From: Arcobacteraceae bacterium
Lineage (GTDB): Bacteria > Campylobacterota > Campylobacteria > Campylobacterales > Arcobacteraceae
DNA: 38,658 bases
Assembly: GCA_048268245.1 (NCBI GenBank)
Contig: JBLWVX010000025.1
Location: 1-38,658 of the forward strand
Direction: 5' to 3'
A model generated the notes under the pieces. The model was not told the origin of the DNA. It did not search any database and saw only the letters and a program-made list of their open reading frames with translations. Shown here in pieces: positions 1-10,117 of the stretch; position 1 is the first letter of the stretch, and each line of letters starts with the position of its first letter. Position numbers and translations under genes: made by a program.

Positions 1-122
1 TTCAGTGAGATTATGGAAAAATATACTAAGTGATTAAAAAGTAACTGGTGGGTTTACACAGTTTAATTTACAGGGTCTTGATTTAATAGTTTTTTTAAAA
101 TATAGAAATTTATTCATGATTA

Positions 123-908
123 TTACTTGATTTTAATTGCTACACCTCTTAAAGTATGTACTACATGAACTTTAGTGTTAATATTACCTAAATTACTTTT
201 AACTTCAGAAGCTGTAACAGTATCATTTTCTAAACTAATTATAGCATCAGCTTTAAGGTTGTATGCAGAAGTTATTAAATCTTTCTCTGCCTCATTATAT
301 GATTTTGCAGATGCTTGAATCATATCTATTATTTCATAAGATAAATTATCTGGTGCAAAATTTATTATTGTTAGTTCTTTTTTATATTCATCACTAATTA
401 TTTCAGCTTTTGCAATTGCTCTAGAAATAAACATTTTGAAAAAAGATTTTATAGTTTCAATAGTAAAAATAACAAAAAGTAATAGTAAGAATAGTAAAGC
501 AAATGACCAGTCATTTAATAGAGATAAATACATAAGTAAACATAAAGTCCCTAAAAAAACAAGTAAAACAAAAAATTCAAATCTTGTTTCTTTTTTAACT
601 TTAGAAATTTTTTCTGGATTTTTAACATTCTTTGAAAGAAGCTCAAAGTCAATTTTTTTAAAACTACTTTTAAGAGTATCTTTATCTTCTGTTACAACTG
701 TATCATTTTTAGCTGAAGGAGAATTTAAAGAAAAAATTTCTGTTGCCATTTTTTCTTTAGGAATAAAATCTACATCACTATCAAGTGTAAGCTCTTTATT
801 TCTATTCAACCAATGTTTATTATAGTTAAATGTATATCTTTTACCATCATTACCTAATATTAAGCCTTCACTAGTAAGTTCATCAAATTTTAATATTATC
901 CCTCTCAT
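123..908 (-). CDS. Hypothetical membrane protein: cold-shock/OB-like N-terminus, two TM helices, YbjQ-like C-terminus
   Basis: 261-aa ORF with GGAG RBS. N-terminus MRGIILKFDELTSEGLILGNDGKRYTF, two central hydrophobic segments, C-terminal AEKDLITSAYNLKADAIISL...LRGVAIKIK resembling YbjQ-type domains (recalled similarity). Confidence 0.55.
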   Translation of the reverse strand: MRGIILKFDELTSEGLILGNDGKRYTFNYNKHWLNRNKELTLDSDVDFIPKEKMATEIFSLNSPSAKNDTVVTEDKDTLKSSFKKIDFELLSKNVKNPEKISKVKKETRFEFFVLLVFLGTLCLLMYLSLLNDWSFALLFLLLLFVIFTIETIKSFFKMFISRAIAKAEIISDEYKKELTIINFAPDNLSYEIIDMIQASAKSYNEAEKDLITSAYNLKADAIISLENDTVTASEVKSNLGNINTKVHVVHTLRGVAIKIK

Positions 909-996
909 TCAAACTCCATAATATTATTTTTAAATAATATTAAGATATTAGGACTTAAAACTATCTTTATATCACATTTATTTATTAACATCTAAC

Positions 997-1731
997 CTAA
1001 CAAAACTCATCCCCCGCTTTCACATACTTATACTTCAACTCTATTTTATTTTTTAGAATATACTCTAAAGTAGTATGTGAAATATGCATCAAATACCCCT
1101 CTTTTACTTTTAGCTCATCTAGTATGTCACTTGCTTGATTGTAGTTTAGGTGGTTTCCTACTTCTTTTCTTTCATCAAAGCAAGCATCTATGAAAGTTAA
1201 GTCTATTTTTTGTGATTTTAAAAAATCTAGACTCTCTTTTGGTATTCCTGAACAGTCTGTTAGGTATGCTATGTTTTTATTTTTTGTTTTTATAAAATAA
1301 CCAAAAGTATTTTTAGAGTGTTTCAAAGGTAATGCTGTAAAGCTTATATCATCGATATTTTGAGTACTAAACTCTTCTATTTCGTTATAACAAACTGAGT
1401 GTTTATGTTTAAATAAATCAGAAAAACCATCTTTATCTTTTGGATGAAAACACTCTATTTTTTGTACTGAATGTCTTAGTCTTAAAAGCCCTAAACAATG
1501 ATCAGCATGAAAGTGAGTAAGAAATACAGCTTTTATATCTTTTCCATCAAAAATATTTGATATGTCCTCAATACCTGCATCTAAAAGTATTACACTATTT
1601 TCTATTTTTATGTAGGCACTTGTAGATAGATTTTTTAGTCCTTTTTCTCTGTGATATGTACATACCATACATTGACAGTTATGTACTGGAAAACCTGCAC
1701 TATCAGCAGTTCCTAAAAATTTAAGTTTCAA
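997..1731 (-). CDS. phnP: PhnP, phosphoribosyl 1,2-cyclic phosphate phosphodiesterase (MBL fold)
   Basis: LGTADSAGFPVHNCQCMVC zinc motif, THFHADH MBL motif, YLTD, HISH; last gene of the phn operon; TTG start. Confidence 0.9.
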   Translation of the reverse strand: MKLKFLGTADSAGFPVHNCQCMVCTYHREKGLKNLSTSAYIKIENSVILLDAGIEDISNIFDGKDIKAVFLTHFHADHCLGLLRLRHSVQKIECFHPKDKDGFSDLFKHKHSVCYNEIEEFSTQNIDDISFTALPLKHSKNTFGYFIKTKNKNIAYLTDCSGIPKESLDFLKSQKIDLTFIDACFDERKEVGNHLNYNQASDILDELKVKEGYLMHISHTTLEYILKNKIELKYKYVKAGDEFC

Positions 1732-1764
1732 TCCTATTCCTTATATACTTTTTTATTATTATAA

Positions 1765-2454
1765 TTACTTAAATCTAAAAGTACTTAGTAAACAGTAATG
1801 ATCACTATAATCTTTTAGAATTATTTTTGAAGTAACTTTAATTTTTTCATCAGTTTTATAGAAAATATAATCAATGATTACACCATCTTTATGGCTAAAT
1901 TGTACATTTTCATCAATAAATCCTTTTTTTCTTATAAGCAGTATCTCTTTAGAATTTGGAAGAGCATTTAAATCTCCACAAAACATAGTAATATCATAAA
2001 AAGAAGAATAATTTTTTATAGTTTTCAAAATCTTTTTAATCTGCTTTTCTCTTTGTTTTGAATTAATATGAGATAAATGAGTATTTACAAGAAGTATCTT
2101 TTTAGTTTTTATTTCAAGTTCTATTATTTGGCAAGCTCTTTCTTCCATCTCATCTTTTTGGAAAAAAATCTCATCAATTAGTTTGATTTTATACTTTGAA
2201 AGTATTGTAAGATTTGAACTGCTTAGTTTATTGTTTCTTTTTTTCTTTCTAGTTTTTGTAGATATGTAGTTAAAATCTAAGCTTTTATTTAAGTATTTAC
2301 TACTTGAAAACTCATCTGATTCGTAATCCTCTTGTAAACAAATAATATCAAAGTTCTTCTGTCTTAGCTCTTCGTTTAGCTTATATATTCTATTTGGAAA
2401 ATCACCATCATTTTTCCAAATATTAAAAGTTGCTACTTTTATCTTTTTATTCAA
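1765..2454 (-). CDS. Endonuclease/exonuclease/phosphatase (EEP) family protein
   Basis: ATFNIW, DIICLQE, NTHL, GDLN, IDYIF and SDH motifs of the DNase I-like fold; overlaps the phnN stop. Confidence 0.85.
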   Translation of the reverse strand: MNKKIKVATFNIWKNDGDFPNRIYKLNEELRQKNFDIICLQEDYESDEFSSSKYLNKSLDFNYISTKTRKKKRNNKLSSSNLTILSKYKIKLIDEIFFQKDEMEERACQIIELEIKTKKILLVNTHLSHINSKQREKQIKKILKTIKNYSSFYDITMFCGDLNALPNSKEILLIRKKGFIDENVQFSHKDGVIIDYIFYKTDEKIKVTSKIILKDYSDHYCLLSTFRFK

Positions 2455-2977
2455 AGGCTAATTTCTTTATAAGTTTTATAAACTCTTTAGAGCTTTCTTC
2501 AATATCATTGCTATTATCAAATTCAAATAGGTTCTTTGCTTTAATCTTTTTATAACTTCTACTTAATCTCTTTTCAATCTCTTCTTGTGATTCTCTTTTT
2601 CTAAGTAAGAGTCTATTTCTTAACTCTTCTTTTGAAACTGTAATATTAATAGTAAATACTTTATCATATTGTTTTTCAAAGTCAGAAATTTTTGCTCTTG
2701 AAATAGAGATAACATTTACTTTATTTTGAATAGAGTTTCTAGCAATTCCATAGTAGTTCCCATGAGCATTCCAAGTAGAAGCAAAAAAGCTATTGTGTTT
2801 TAATATTTCAAATGCAAATTCATCAAGAAAAAAGTTTTTCTCACTTTTGTCTGGTTTTCTAGTGATATATCTTCGCACAAAATTTATATCACCTTTTAAC
2901 TCTTTTCTTGCACTTTTCAATAAAGTATCTTTACCAACTCCACTTGGTCCTACAATTAAAACTATTTTTGTATCCAT
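2447..2977 (-). CDS. phnN: PhnN, ribose 1,5-bisphosphokinase
   Basis: GPSGVGKDTLL, RRYITR, WNAHGNYYGI and SR motifs; phn context. Confidence 0.92.
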   Translation of the reverse strand: MDTKIVLIVGPSGVGKDTLLKSARKELKGDINFVRRYITRKPDKSEKNFFLDEFAFEILKHNSFFASTWNAHGNYYGIARNSIQNKVNVISISRAKISDFEKQYDKVFTINITVSKEELRNRLLLRKRESQEEIEKRLSRSYKKIKAKNLFEFDNSNDIEESSKEFIKLIKKLAFE

Positions 2978-2986
2978 GTAACCTTC

Positions 2987-3625
2987 TTATTTTGAATATT
3001 TATATATAAACTCTCTAATATCTTTTAAGTCTTCAATTCGCTCTTTTATCTCATCATGAGACCAATTCCACCATGATATTTCTTCTAAAGCCTTTATAGT
3101 ATCTTTTGGGAATCTATATTTAAGAACTTTAGCACTTACACCTGCAACTATAGCATATGATGGTACATCTTTGGTTACAACAGCATTTGAGCCAATAATA
3201 GCACCATTTCCTACTTTAACTCCTGGCATAATAACAGCTCCATGTCCTATCCAAACATCATGTCCAATTTCAACTCTTTGTATATCTCTGTAATTGAAAA
3301 ATGCTTTGTCATCATCACCAAAACCATACATTTCACGTCTATACATAAAATGATGTTGACAAGGCATCTCATAAGGATGAAAGCCTGGATTTATTCTAAC
3401 ATTTGAAGCTATATTTGCAAATTTACCTATAGTTGCATTTGTAATTTGCGTATATTCACATACATAAGAATAATCATCCATTGATGACTCAGAGATATTC
3501 ACAAAGTCTCTAATCTCTGTGTACTTTCCAAGTTCACAATTTTCTATAACCGCATTAGGGAAAATAAAAGGTTTTTCCCCTAATACTACTTTAGGTTGAG
3601 GATTATGACTTTCTATTTTTGTCAT
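2987..3625 (-). CDS. Hexapeptide-repeat (left-handed beta-helix) acetyltransferase, phosphonate-cluster type
   Basis: IGKFANIAS, RINPGFHP, IGHDVWIGHGAVIMPGVKVGNGAIIG, WWNW; lies between phnM and phnN. Confidence 0.85.
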   Translation of the reverse strand: MTKIESHNPQPKVVLGEKPFIFPNAVIENCELGKYTEIRDFVNISESSMDDYSYVCEYTQITNATIGKFANIASNVRINPGFHPYEMPCQHHFMYRREMYGFGDDDKAFFNYRDIQRVEIGHDVWIGHGAVIMPGVKVGNGAIIGSNAVVTKDVPSYAIVAGVSAKVLKYRFPKDTIKALEEISWWNWSHDEIKERIEDLKDIREFIYKYSK

Positions 3626-3680
3626 TGTATCTAACCTCTAGGTGCAAAATACTTCTATAGATTGTAACCATATTTAATCC

Positions 3681-4820
3681 TTATAATTTAAAGCCTCTAA
3701 TACCATTATAAATAGAATCACCATCTTTTAAAGTAAGTACAACTTTTGGAATATGAGTATCATCTACAACAATAATATCAGCTCTTTTACCTTCTTTAAT
3801 TTCCCCTCTATCTTCTAAATTAGCATATGCAGCAGGAGTTGAAGTCACCATTGAAAAACCTTTTGCAATATCTAAGTTTGCATCTTCTTTCATTCTATAT
3901 ACTGCTTGAAGCATAGATGTTGGATGATAGTCTGAACAAAGGTACTTACAAACCCCCTCTTTTACTAGCTCAATTGCTGCTATGTTACCACTCTGAGAAC
4001 CACCTCTTACGATATTTGGAGCTCCCATACCAGTAGCTATACCTTTAGAAACAGCATATTTTGCTACTTCTAAATCTAGTGGAAACTCTGAAATTTGAAC
4101 ACCTAAATCAAGTAAACCATCAAGCTTTTCAATACAATCATCATCATGACTTAAAAGTGTAAGATTATGCTCTTTTGCATAAGAGATTAAATCATTGATT
4201 TTTTCGTCATTTTTATTTAATTTTTTATCAACAACCTCTTGTATTTGCTCATCATTTAAATCATAATAACTTCCATAATATGTTTTAAAAGACTCCAAAG
4301 ATTTAAATTGACCTTGCCCAGGTGAGTGATCCATTAAAGAAACCATCTTAACCATTCCCTTAGAAATTACTTCTTTGATAGGTTCAACTGCTTCATCACA
4401 ACTTAACTCAAACCTTGCATGAACATAGTTATCAACACCTAAGTGTTTATCATTTGCATTATTAATCTCTTCAATTTGTGAAATTGCTAAATCAATACTT
4501 CTTTTTTTCTTTGGGTTTTCTTCAAAACCAATTGCATGAAACATAGTTGTAACACCTGCCATTGATAGTTTTTTATCAAGTTCTGCAACAGCAAGTTCAA
4601 CTGGAAATGTAGCATTTGGTCTTGGTTCTATTTCTTTTTCTATTGCATCAGAGTGTAAGTCTACAATACCAGGAGCTATTTTTTTCTCACCTAAATCAAC
4701 GGCTACTTCATTTTTTCCATACTCATCAATTCTTTCTATAAACTCACCTTTGATTACAACATCAGCAGGAACAAACTCTTCATTTATTAATACGTTTTTA
4801 CTTCTTAAAATTGTTTCCAT
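3681..4820 (-). CDS. phnM: PhnM, alpha-D-ribose 1-methylphosphonate 5-triphosphate diphosphatase
   Basis: PGIVDLHSD, MDHSPGQGQF, SHDD, SEFP, GAPNIVRGGS, SDY motifs. Confidence 0.95.
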   Translation of the reverse strand: METILRSKNVLINEEFVPADVVIKGEFIERIDEYGKNEVAVDLGEKKIAPGIVDLHSDAIEKEIEPRPNATFPVELAVAELDKKLSMAGVTTMFHAIGFEENPKKKRSIDLAISQIEEINNANDKHLGVDNYVHARFELSCDEAVEPIKEVISKGMVKMVSLMDHSPGQGQFKSLESFKTYYGSYYDLNDEQIQEVVDKKLNKNDEKINDLISYAKEHNLTLLSHDDDCIEKLDGLLDLGVQISEFPLDLEVAKYAVSKGIATGMGAPNIVRGGSQSGNIAAIELVKEGVCKYLCSDYHPTSMLQAVYRMKEDANLDIAKGFSMVTSTPAAYANLEDRGEIKEGKRADIIVVDDTHIPKVVLTLKDGDSIYNGIRGFKL

Positions 4821-5509
4821 TATTGAACTCTCTCTAATTTATATATTTTATCACTAATCATTTCCATTGCTTCAAGGTCATGGAAAATACCAACCATTGC
4901 AACACCTTGTGTTTTTAGCTCTTTTAACTTTTCAACTACTTTCATTGTATTTGTTTTATCTAGTGAAGCTGTAGGCTCATCAAGTAAAAGTAAACTTTTT
5001 GGAGCAATAATTCCTTTTGCAATATTTACTCTTTGTTGCTCACCACCAGAGAAAGTTAGAGGAGACAAATCAAATAATTCTTCTCTAATAGATAAATAAT
5101 CTAACATCTCTTTAGCTTTAATTCTTGAAACTTCTTCGCTTTCACCTTTGAAGATTAATTGCTCTGTAACTACATCAACAGCTGAAATTCTAGGAAGTAT
5201 CTGTAAAAACTGTGATACATAACCAATCTCAGATTTTCTTAAATTCAAAATCTCACTTTCAGTTGCTGTTGCAATATCTATCTTACTTCCATTGTCTCTA
5301 TGAAAAACAATATTTCCACTTGTTGTTGTATATGTTCTAAATAAAGTCTTTAAGATTGATGATTTTCCTGCTCCACTTGGTCCAAATAAAGATAAAAACT
5401 CACCCTCTTTTACTTCAAAACCAATATTTTCAAAACCTTTAACTTCAATACTACCTTGAGTGTGTACTTTAAAAGTTTTATTTAAATCTTTTACTTCTAA
5501 TCTAATCAC
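4820..5509 (-). CDS. phnL: PhnL, C-P lyase ABC-type ATPase subunit
   Basis: GPSGAGKS, IGYVSQFL, TFSGGEQQRVNIA, LLDEPTASLD, GIFHD. Confidence 0.95.
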   Translation of the reverse strand: MIRLEVKDLNKTFKVHTQGSIEVKGFENIGFEVKEGEFLSLFGPSGAGKSSILKTLFRTYTTTSGNIVFHRDNGSKIDIATATESEILNLRKSEIGYVSQFLQILPRISAVDVVTEQLIFKGESEEVSRIKAKEMLDYLSIREELFDLSPLTFSGGEQQRVNIAKGIIAPKSLLLLDEPTASLDKTNTMKVVEKLKELKTQGVAMVGIFHDLEAMEMISDKIYKLERVQ

Positions 5510-5517
5510 GATAACTC

Positions 5518-6354
5518 CTAAAGAATTGATGACACAAGTAATTGTGTATATGGGTGTTGAGGATCTTCTAAAATTTGATCTGTTAATCCTCTTTCAACTA
5601 TTTGTCCATTTTTCATAACAACTGTAATGTCTGTTAGGTGCTTGATAACTCCTAAATCATGAGATACAACTACCATTGCAAAACCTATTTCATGTTGTAA
5701 TTCTTTGATTAAATCAAGAATTTTAGCTTGAACTGACAAGTCAAGTCCTGTTGTTGGTTCATCAAGTAGTAGAATCTTTGGATTACTTGATAAAGCTTTT
5801 GAAATCTGAATTCTTTGTTGCTGACCACCTGAAAAGTACTCAGGATATGCATCAATTCTACTCGTAGGAATTTCTGTTTTATCTAAAAAATATAAAGCCC
5901 TATTTCTAATCTCATCATACTTTTTATTTCCACTCATGATAACCTTTTGGGCGATATTTCCACCTGCTGAAAAGTTATAATTAAGTCCTAGTCTTGGATT
6001 TTGATAAATCATTGACATTAAAGAGTTTCTAAGATGTGATAATTCATTTAAGTTTGCATCTAAAATATTTTTTCTTTCACCATCTTTTCCTACAAAATCT
6101 TTTACAAAAATCTCACCAAGTGAAGCTTTTTGGTCTTGGTAAATAAGTTGTAGAAGTGTAGATTTACCACTACCACTCTCACCTACTATTCCTAAAACTT
6201 CTCCATTTGCAAGTGTAAGATTTACATCATTTACTCCAACAACACTTTTACAAGTAGGACAAATAGAGCTATTAAAATCTGCACCAGTTGTTTCTAAACA
6301 TTTTGGACAAAATTTTCCAAAAACCTTAGATACATTTCTCATATCTAGTATCAT
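5518..6354 (-). CDS. phnK: PhnK, C-P lyase ABC-type ATPase subunit
   Basis: GESGSGKS, SAGGNI, FSGGQQQRIQI, GLTDQILEDPQHPYTQLLVSS; N-terminal CxxC...CxxC insert. Confidence 0.95.
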   Translation of the reverse strand: MILDMRNVSKVFGKFCPKCLETTGADFNSSICPTCKSVVGVNDVNLTLANGEVLGIVGESGSGKSTLLQLIYQDQKASLGEIFVKDFVGKDGERKNILDANLNELSHLRNSLMSMIYQNPRLGLNYNFSAGGNIAQKVIMSGNKKYDEIRNRALYFLDKTEIPTSRIDAYPEYFSGGQQQRIQISKALSSNPKILLLDEPTTGLDLSVQAKILDLIKELQHEIGFAMVVVSHDLGVIKHLTDITVVMKNGQIVERGLTDQILEDPQHPYTQLLVSSIL

Positions 6355-7184
6355 TAGTTATTTCCTTGTTTTTCTTTTTGTGTATCACAATAATCTGTGT
6401 CATTACAATAATATGTTGCTTTTCCTTCATCATCATAAACTTCATCTAAGAAACTATGACTACTTCCACATCTTCCACAAACTTTTCCTTCAAAGTTTTC
6501 AACTTTAAACTCTCTATCTTCAAACTTTAAAGGTTCTACATGTGTATATGGTGGAATTGCATAAATCTTTTTTTCTCTTCCAGCTCCAAAAATTTGTAAA
6601 GCTTTACAATTATTCAACTTAGGTGTATCATACTTTGGAATTGGACTTGGATCCATTGCATATCTGTGATTCACCATCACAGGGTATCTATTTGAGATTC
6701 TTGAATCCCCGAACATAGATGTATCTTCATAAAGTAAAACCCATAGTTTAGAATAATCAGCATTTGCATGTAAAAGCTTTGCTTTTGATATGTTTGGCTC
6801 AACAGTTTCCAAAATATCAGGCATTGGAACTTGAAAAACTAAAGTTTGCCCCTCTTGTAAATCAATCTCTGGAATTCTATGTCTAGTTTGAATGATACTT
6901 GCATCAAGTGTTTTAGTTGTTGTATTCACTTTTGTAACAGATTTAATAAAATTTCTAATATTTACAGCATTTACACTTCCATCACAACCTTGGTCAATTA
7001 CTTTTAAAGTATCTTCTTCATTTATTATTGATAAAGTAACTTGTAATCCACCAGTACCCCAACCACGTGCGATTGGAAGTTCTCTTGAGGCAAATCCTAC
7101 AATATACCCAGGAATTGCAATAGCTTTTAAAATAGATCTTCTAATCTCTTTTTTTGCTTCTTCATCTAAAAATGCATATCTCAT
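6354..7184 (-). CDS. phnJ: PhnJ, C-P lyase radical SAM / glycyl-radical catalytic subunit
   Basis: RGWGTGG, KVIDQG, IQTRHRIPE, GAGREKK, C-terminal CX2CX20CX5C. Confidence 0.97.
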   Translation of the reverse strand: MRYAFLDEEAKKEIRRSILKAIAIPGYIVGFASRELPIARGWGTGGLQVTLSIINEEDTLKVIDQGCDGSVNAVNIRNFIKSVTKVNTTTKTLDASIIQTRHRIPEIDLQEGQTLVFQVPMPDILETVEPNISKAKLLHANADYSKLWVLLYEDTSMFGDSRISNRYPVMVNHRYAMDPSPIPKYDTPKLNNCKALQIFGAGREKKIYAIPPYTHVEPLKFEDREFKVENFEGKVCGRCGSSHSFLDEVYDDEGKATYYCNDTDYCDTQKEKQGNN

Positions 7185-8254
7185 TTTGCAACTCCTTTTT
7201 CTTCTTTTTTATCATCTGTATATTTTTGTGCTGATTTAAAAATCTGATAATCAGTTTGAAATGTCACATAGTGTGGTAATTTAAAGTGATTTGTCATACC
7301 AAATGATTCTATTCCATCTAAATGGTGCATAATCATGTCAAAATCAGCTGCAATAACATGCTCCCCACCAACTGAATAGTGTGTATTATAAAGTGATAAA
7401 TCAATCATAGACATAGATATAGCTTTCGTTTCATTTTTTCCAAAACAAAAGCCAAAACCAGTAGTAAGTTTTGTATCACCTTCTTCATCTTGATTAAATG
7501 TACCAACACACTCAACAGCAGTAGCTTCAATACTTCCAACTTTTACTTCATTTTTTGTAAATGGATGAGTAAAGTTAATATCTAATTCACCAATTCTTAA
7601 ATCACCAATTGTAGGGTGAATATCTCCATAACCTCTCATTGTTGTATATCCAACACATAAAAGTGAACCTGTTTCAGCTCTTGCCATCACTTGTAAAACA
7701 GCACTTCTAGGATATGGCTCAGTTGGATAACTTCTTGTGATATCCCAAGGCTTATCTTCTTTTGGAAGAATTTTAATTAAGTTATCTTCTCTTAGTGGAG
7801 TAAGAGCTGATTTTATTACATTTTGTTTTGTTGAATACTCTTCAATATTTGTTTCAACTTTTTCTAAATCAACTAATAGTTTTATTTCATAGTCATTTGA
7901 AGGACCTAATAATTGCCCTCCTTCTATATCTTTAAAAGCTGATGAAATTCTTCTTGTTAATCTCATATCATTTGTATCAATAGTTTTAGCTATACCAATT
8001 CTTTGACAAGAACTTCTATGTGCTCTTAAGAAAAAAGAAGCATTTAGTAAATCACCTGCACTTCTTTTTATAGCTTTTCCTGCAAGTTTTTTAGAATAAA
8101 GTGAACCTTCACTCATAACTCTATCAACTGAATATGTTAAACCTTCTATTAAATCTATATCATCCAGTTTTTCTGATTTATTTGTAATCTCACTATAAAA
8201 ATCAAGTGAGTTTTTAATCGCTTCCTCTCCACCTTTTATCGCATAATAAGCCAT
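7181..8254 (-). CDS. phnI: PhnI, C-P lyase complex subunit
   Basis: YAIKGGEEAI, VDRVMSEGSLY, RRISSAFKDIEGGQLLG, HFKLPHYVTFQ. Confidence 0.97.
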   Translation of the reverse strand: MAYYAIKGGEEAIKNSLDFYSEITNKSEKLDDIDLIEGLTYSVDRVMSEGSLYSKKLAGKAIKRSAGDLLNASFFLRAHRSSCQRIGIAKTIDTNDMRLTRRISSAFKDIEGGQLLGPSNDYEIKLLVDLEKVETNIEEYSTKQNVIKSALTPLREDNLIKILPKEDKPWDITRSYPTEPYPRSAVLQVMARAETGSLLCVGYTTMRGYGDIHPTIGDLRIGELDINFTHPFTKNEVKVGSIEATAVECVGTFNQDEEGDTKLTTGFGFCFGKNETKAISMSMIDLSLYNTHYSVGGEHVIAADFDMIMHHLDGIESFGMTNHFKLPHYVTFQTDYQIFKSAQKYTDDKKEEKGVAK

Positions 8255-8790
8255 TATAAAATCTCCATTTTTGTTGTTCTTGAAACTGCAATTATTTGTG
8301 CATCATCACTTAAGAAAAAAACTTCATTTCCAAGGGGATAATATGAATTCTTCTCATTAAAGAAATCTACAAAAGATTTATCTACGGGTAGACTTACATT
8401 TTTACTTCCATCAATTCCAGGACCACTTAACTTTACATCCAGACCATTGAAGTCTTTACATTTAAATATAAATGTAGATGAGTATTCAGGGTCTTTTGAA
8501 GTTCCAACTTTCCCTTTATTAAATAAATACTCATTTAGTTCATCACAAAAAATATAATCAGCATCATCAGCTTTAGTATTTTGAGCGTTCGTAATAGCTT
8601 CTATTAAACTAAACTCTTCTTTTCCTTCATAATAAAAACTTACTTCTGAATATAAAAGTGTATTTGCAATTGCTAATAAATTTGATTCAAATAAAGGTTG
8701 AATTTTTTCTACTTTTCCAGGCATAGATAAGGCATTCATCATAGCTTTAAAATTATCTCTATTTAGTTTTTCAATATCAACTGTGTTCAC
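8254..8790 (-). CDS. phnH: PhnH, C-P lyase subunit
   Basis: FKAMMNALSMPG, GTSKDPEYSST, LSGPGI, YPLG, SRTT; position between phnG and phnI. Confidence 0.9.
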   Translation of the reverse strand: MNTVDIEKLNRDNFKAMMNALSMPGKVEKIQPLFESNLLAIANTLLYSEVSFYYEGKEEFSLIEAITNAQNTKADDADYIFCDELNEYLFNKGKVGTSKDPEYSSTFIFKCKDFNGLDVKLSGPGIDGSKNVSLPVDKSFVDFFNEKNSYYPLGNEVFFLSDDAQIIAVSRTTKMEIL

Positions 8791-8798
8791 TTTTTCTC

Positions 8799-9212
8799 CT
8801 ACATTAAATCAAAAGAAACTCTAGTAGAGTTAACTTTTTGATTTGTTTTTTCTTTTTCTAAGTTATCTTGATTTTTAGCTTCTTGTAAAACTGATATAAT
8901 CTCATTTTTAAAAATATCAGCTTCGTAAGCTGCATCTATTACTGCTGTAACTAATGATAATCTTTCATTTGTATCCATAACCATAGACCAACCTTTAGTA
9001 TCATTAACTTGTACAATAGTAGAAGTCACTAGTACCTCTCCTGCATAAAAATCACTATTTGAAATTGGATCCTTTACAGGAACTAGAAGTGTTTGCTCAG
9101 TTGGAGGTGTCAATACTTGTACTTTATTTTTCTCATCAATCTTTTTATATAAATTTTCTAACTTTTCAAATTGCACTAGTTGTGCTAAATTATTAATATC
9201 TTCTCTTTTCAT
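8799..9212 (-). CDS. phnG: PhnG, C-P lyase subunit
   Basis: FYAGEVLVT, AVIDA, C-terminal STRVSF; position in operon. Confidence 0.88.
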   Translation of the reverse strand: MKREDINNLAQLVQFEKLENLYKKIDEKNKVQVLTPPTEQTLLVPVKDPISNSDFYAGEVLVTSTIVQVNDTKGWSMVMDTNERLSLVTAVIDAAYEADIFKNEIISVLQEAKNQDNLEKEKTNQKVNSTRVSFDLM

Positions 9213-9213
9213 T

Positions 9214-10071
9214 TTAAATAAACCTTTTTCTAATCATCGCACTAATTTTGTCAAGTACCCAAACAGTTAAAACAATAATGATAATAATTGAACATACATC
9301 ACTGTTTTCAAAAGCTCTCATCTTGTCAAAAAGATAAAAACCAATACCACCTGCACCAACAAACCCAAGGATTGAGGCAGCTCTTACATCACTTTCAAAT
9401 CTATACAATGCCATTGAAACAAAATGAGGCATAGTTTGAGGAAGTACTGCATAAACTAGTACTTTAAAAAAACCTGCACCTGTTGTTGTTAAAGCTTCCA
9501 CAGGACCTGGATCTATTGATTCATTTCCTTCACTTAAAAGTTTTGATAATACACCTGCTGTATGAACACCTAAGGCTAAAATACCAGCCATAGGGCCAAG
9601 ACCAACTGCACTTACAAAAATCAATGCCCAAACAATTTCATTGATTGATCTAAAAACATTTGCAACAAAGGTAGCACTTCCATATATCACTTTTTTTATG
9701 AACTCATGAATTGGAGTCTTACCTGGAATTAAAATATTTAAAATATTTCTAGAACTCATATATGATAATGGAACTGCCACTACTATAGATATAAACAGCG
9801 CAACAACTGCCATTTGAATAGTTTCTAACATTGACATAACATAAGTCATTAAATCAGCACTGTTTAAATTTGGTGGGAAAAATCCACTTCCTTCAATACT
9901 TGGATTTCCAGAAACATACTCAACCATGTAACCTGCACCATCATAAAGTGATGAGAAACTCATTTCTGTGTCATTCCAACTTTGAATTAAAACAAGTAAA
10001 AAGATTACAATTACTGCTGATTTCCCAAGTGAAAAGGGATTGCTTTTAGCCTTTAATTCTTCTACATTCAT
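9214..10071 (-). CDS. phnE: PhnE, phosphonate ABC transporter permease
   Basis: Multiple TM segments, AVGLGPMAGILAL, ESIDPGPVEAL, RFESDVRAASILGFVGAGGIG. Confidence 0.95.
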   Translation of the reverse strand: MNVEELKAKSNPFSLGKSAVIVIFLLVLIQSWNDTEMSFSSLYDGAGYMVEYVSGNPSIEGSGFFPPNLNSADLMTYVMSMLETIQMAVVALFISIVVAVPLSYMSSRNILNILIPGKTPIHEFIKKVIYGSATFVANVFRSINEIVWALIFVSAVGLGPMAGILALGVHTAGVLSKLLSEGNESIDPGPVEALTTTGAGFFKVLVYAVLPQTMPHFVSMALYRFESDVRAASILGFVGAGGIGFYLFDKMRAFENSDVCSIIIIIVLTVWVLDKISAMIRKRFI

Positions 10072-10086
10072 TTTCTATCCTTATTT

Positions 10087-10109
10087 AAGTAAGCGTAAAA
10101 CGCTTACTT
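10087..10109 (-). terminator. Intergenic stem-loop after phnD (mRNA stabiliser or partial terminator)
   Basis: Perfect 10-bp inverted repeat AAGTAAGCGT-AAA-ACGCTTACTT between phnD and phnE. Confidence 0.6.
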
Positions 10110-10117
10110 TGATTTAA

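Noticed and set aside
1..33. 3' end of an upstream + strand gene (FSEIMEKYTK-stop)
   Set aside because: Only ten codons are visible, too few to identify.
2987..3625. CatB/Vat antibiotic acetyltransferase
   Set aside because: Same fold, but its position inside the phn operon fits the phosphonate-cluster hexapeptide transferases better.
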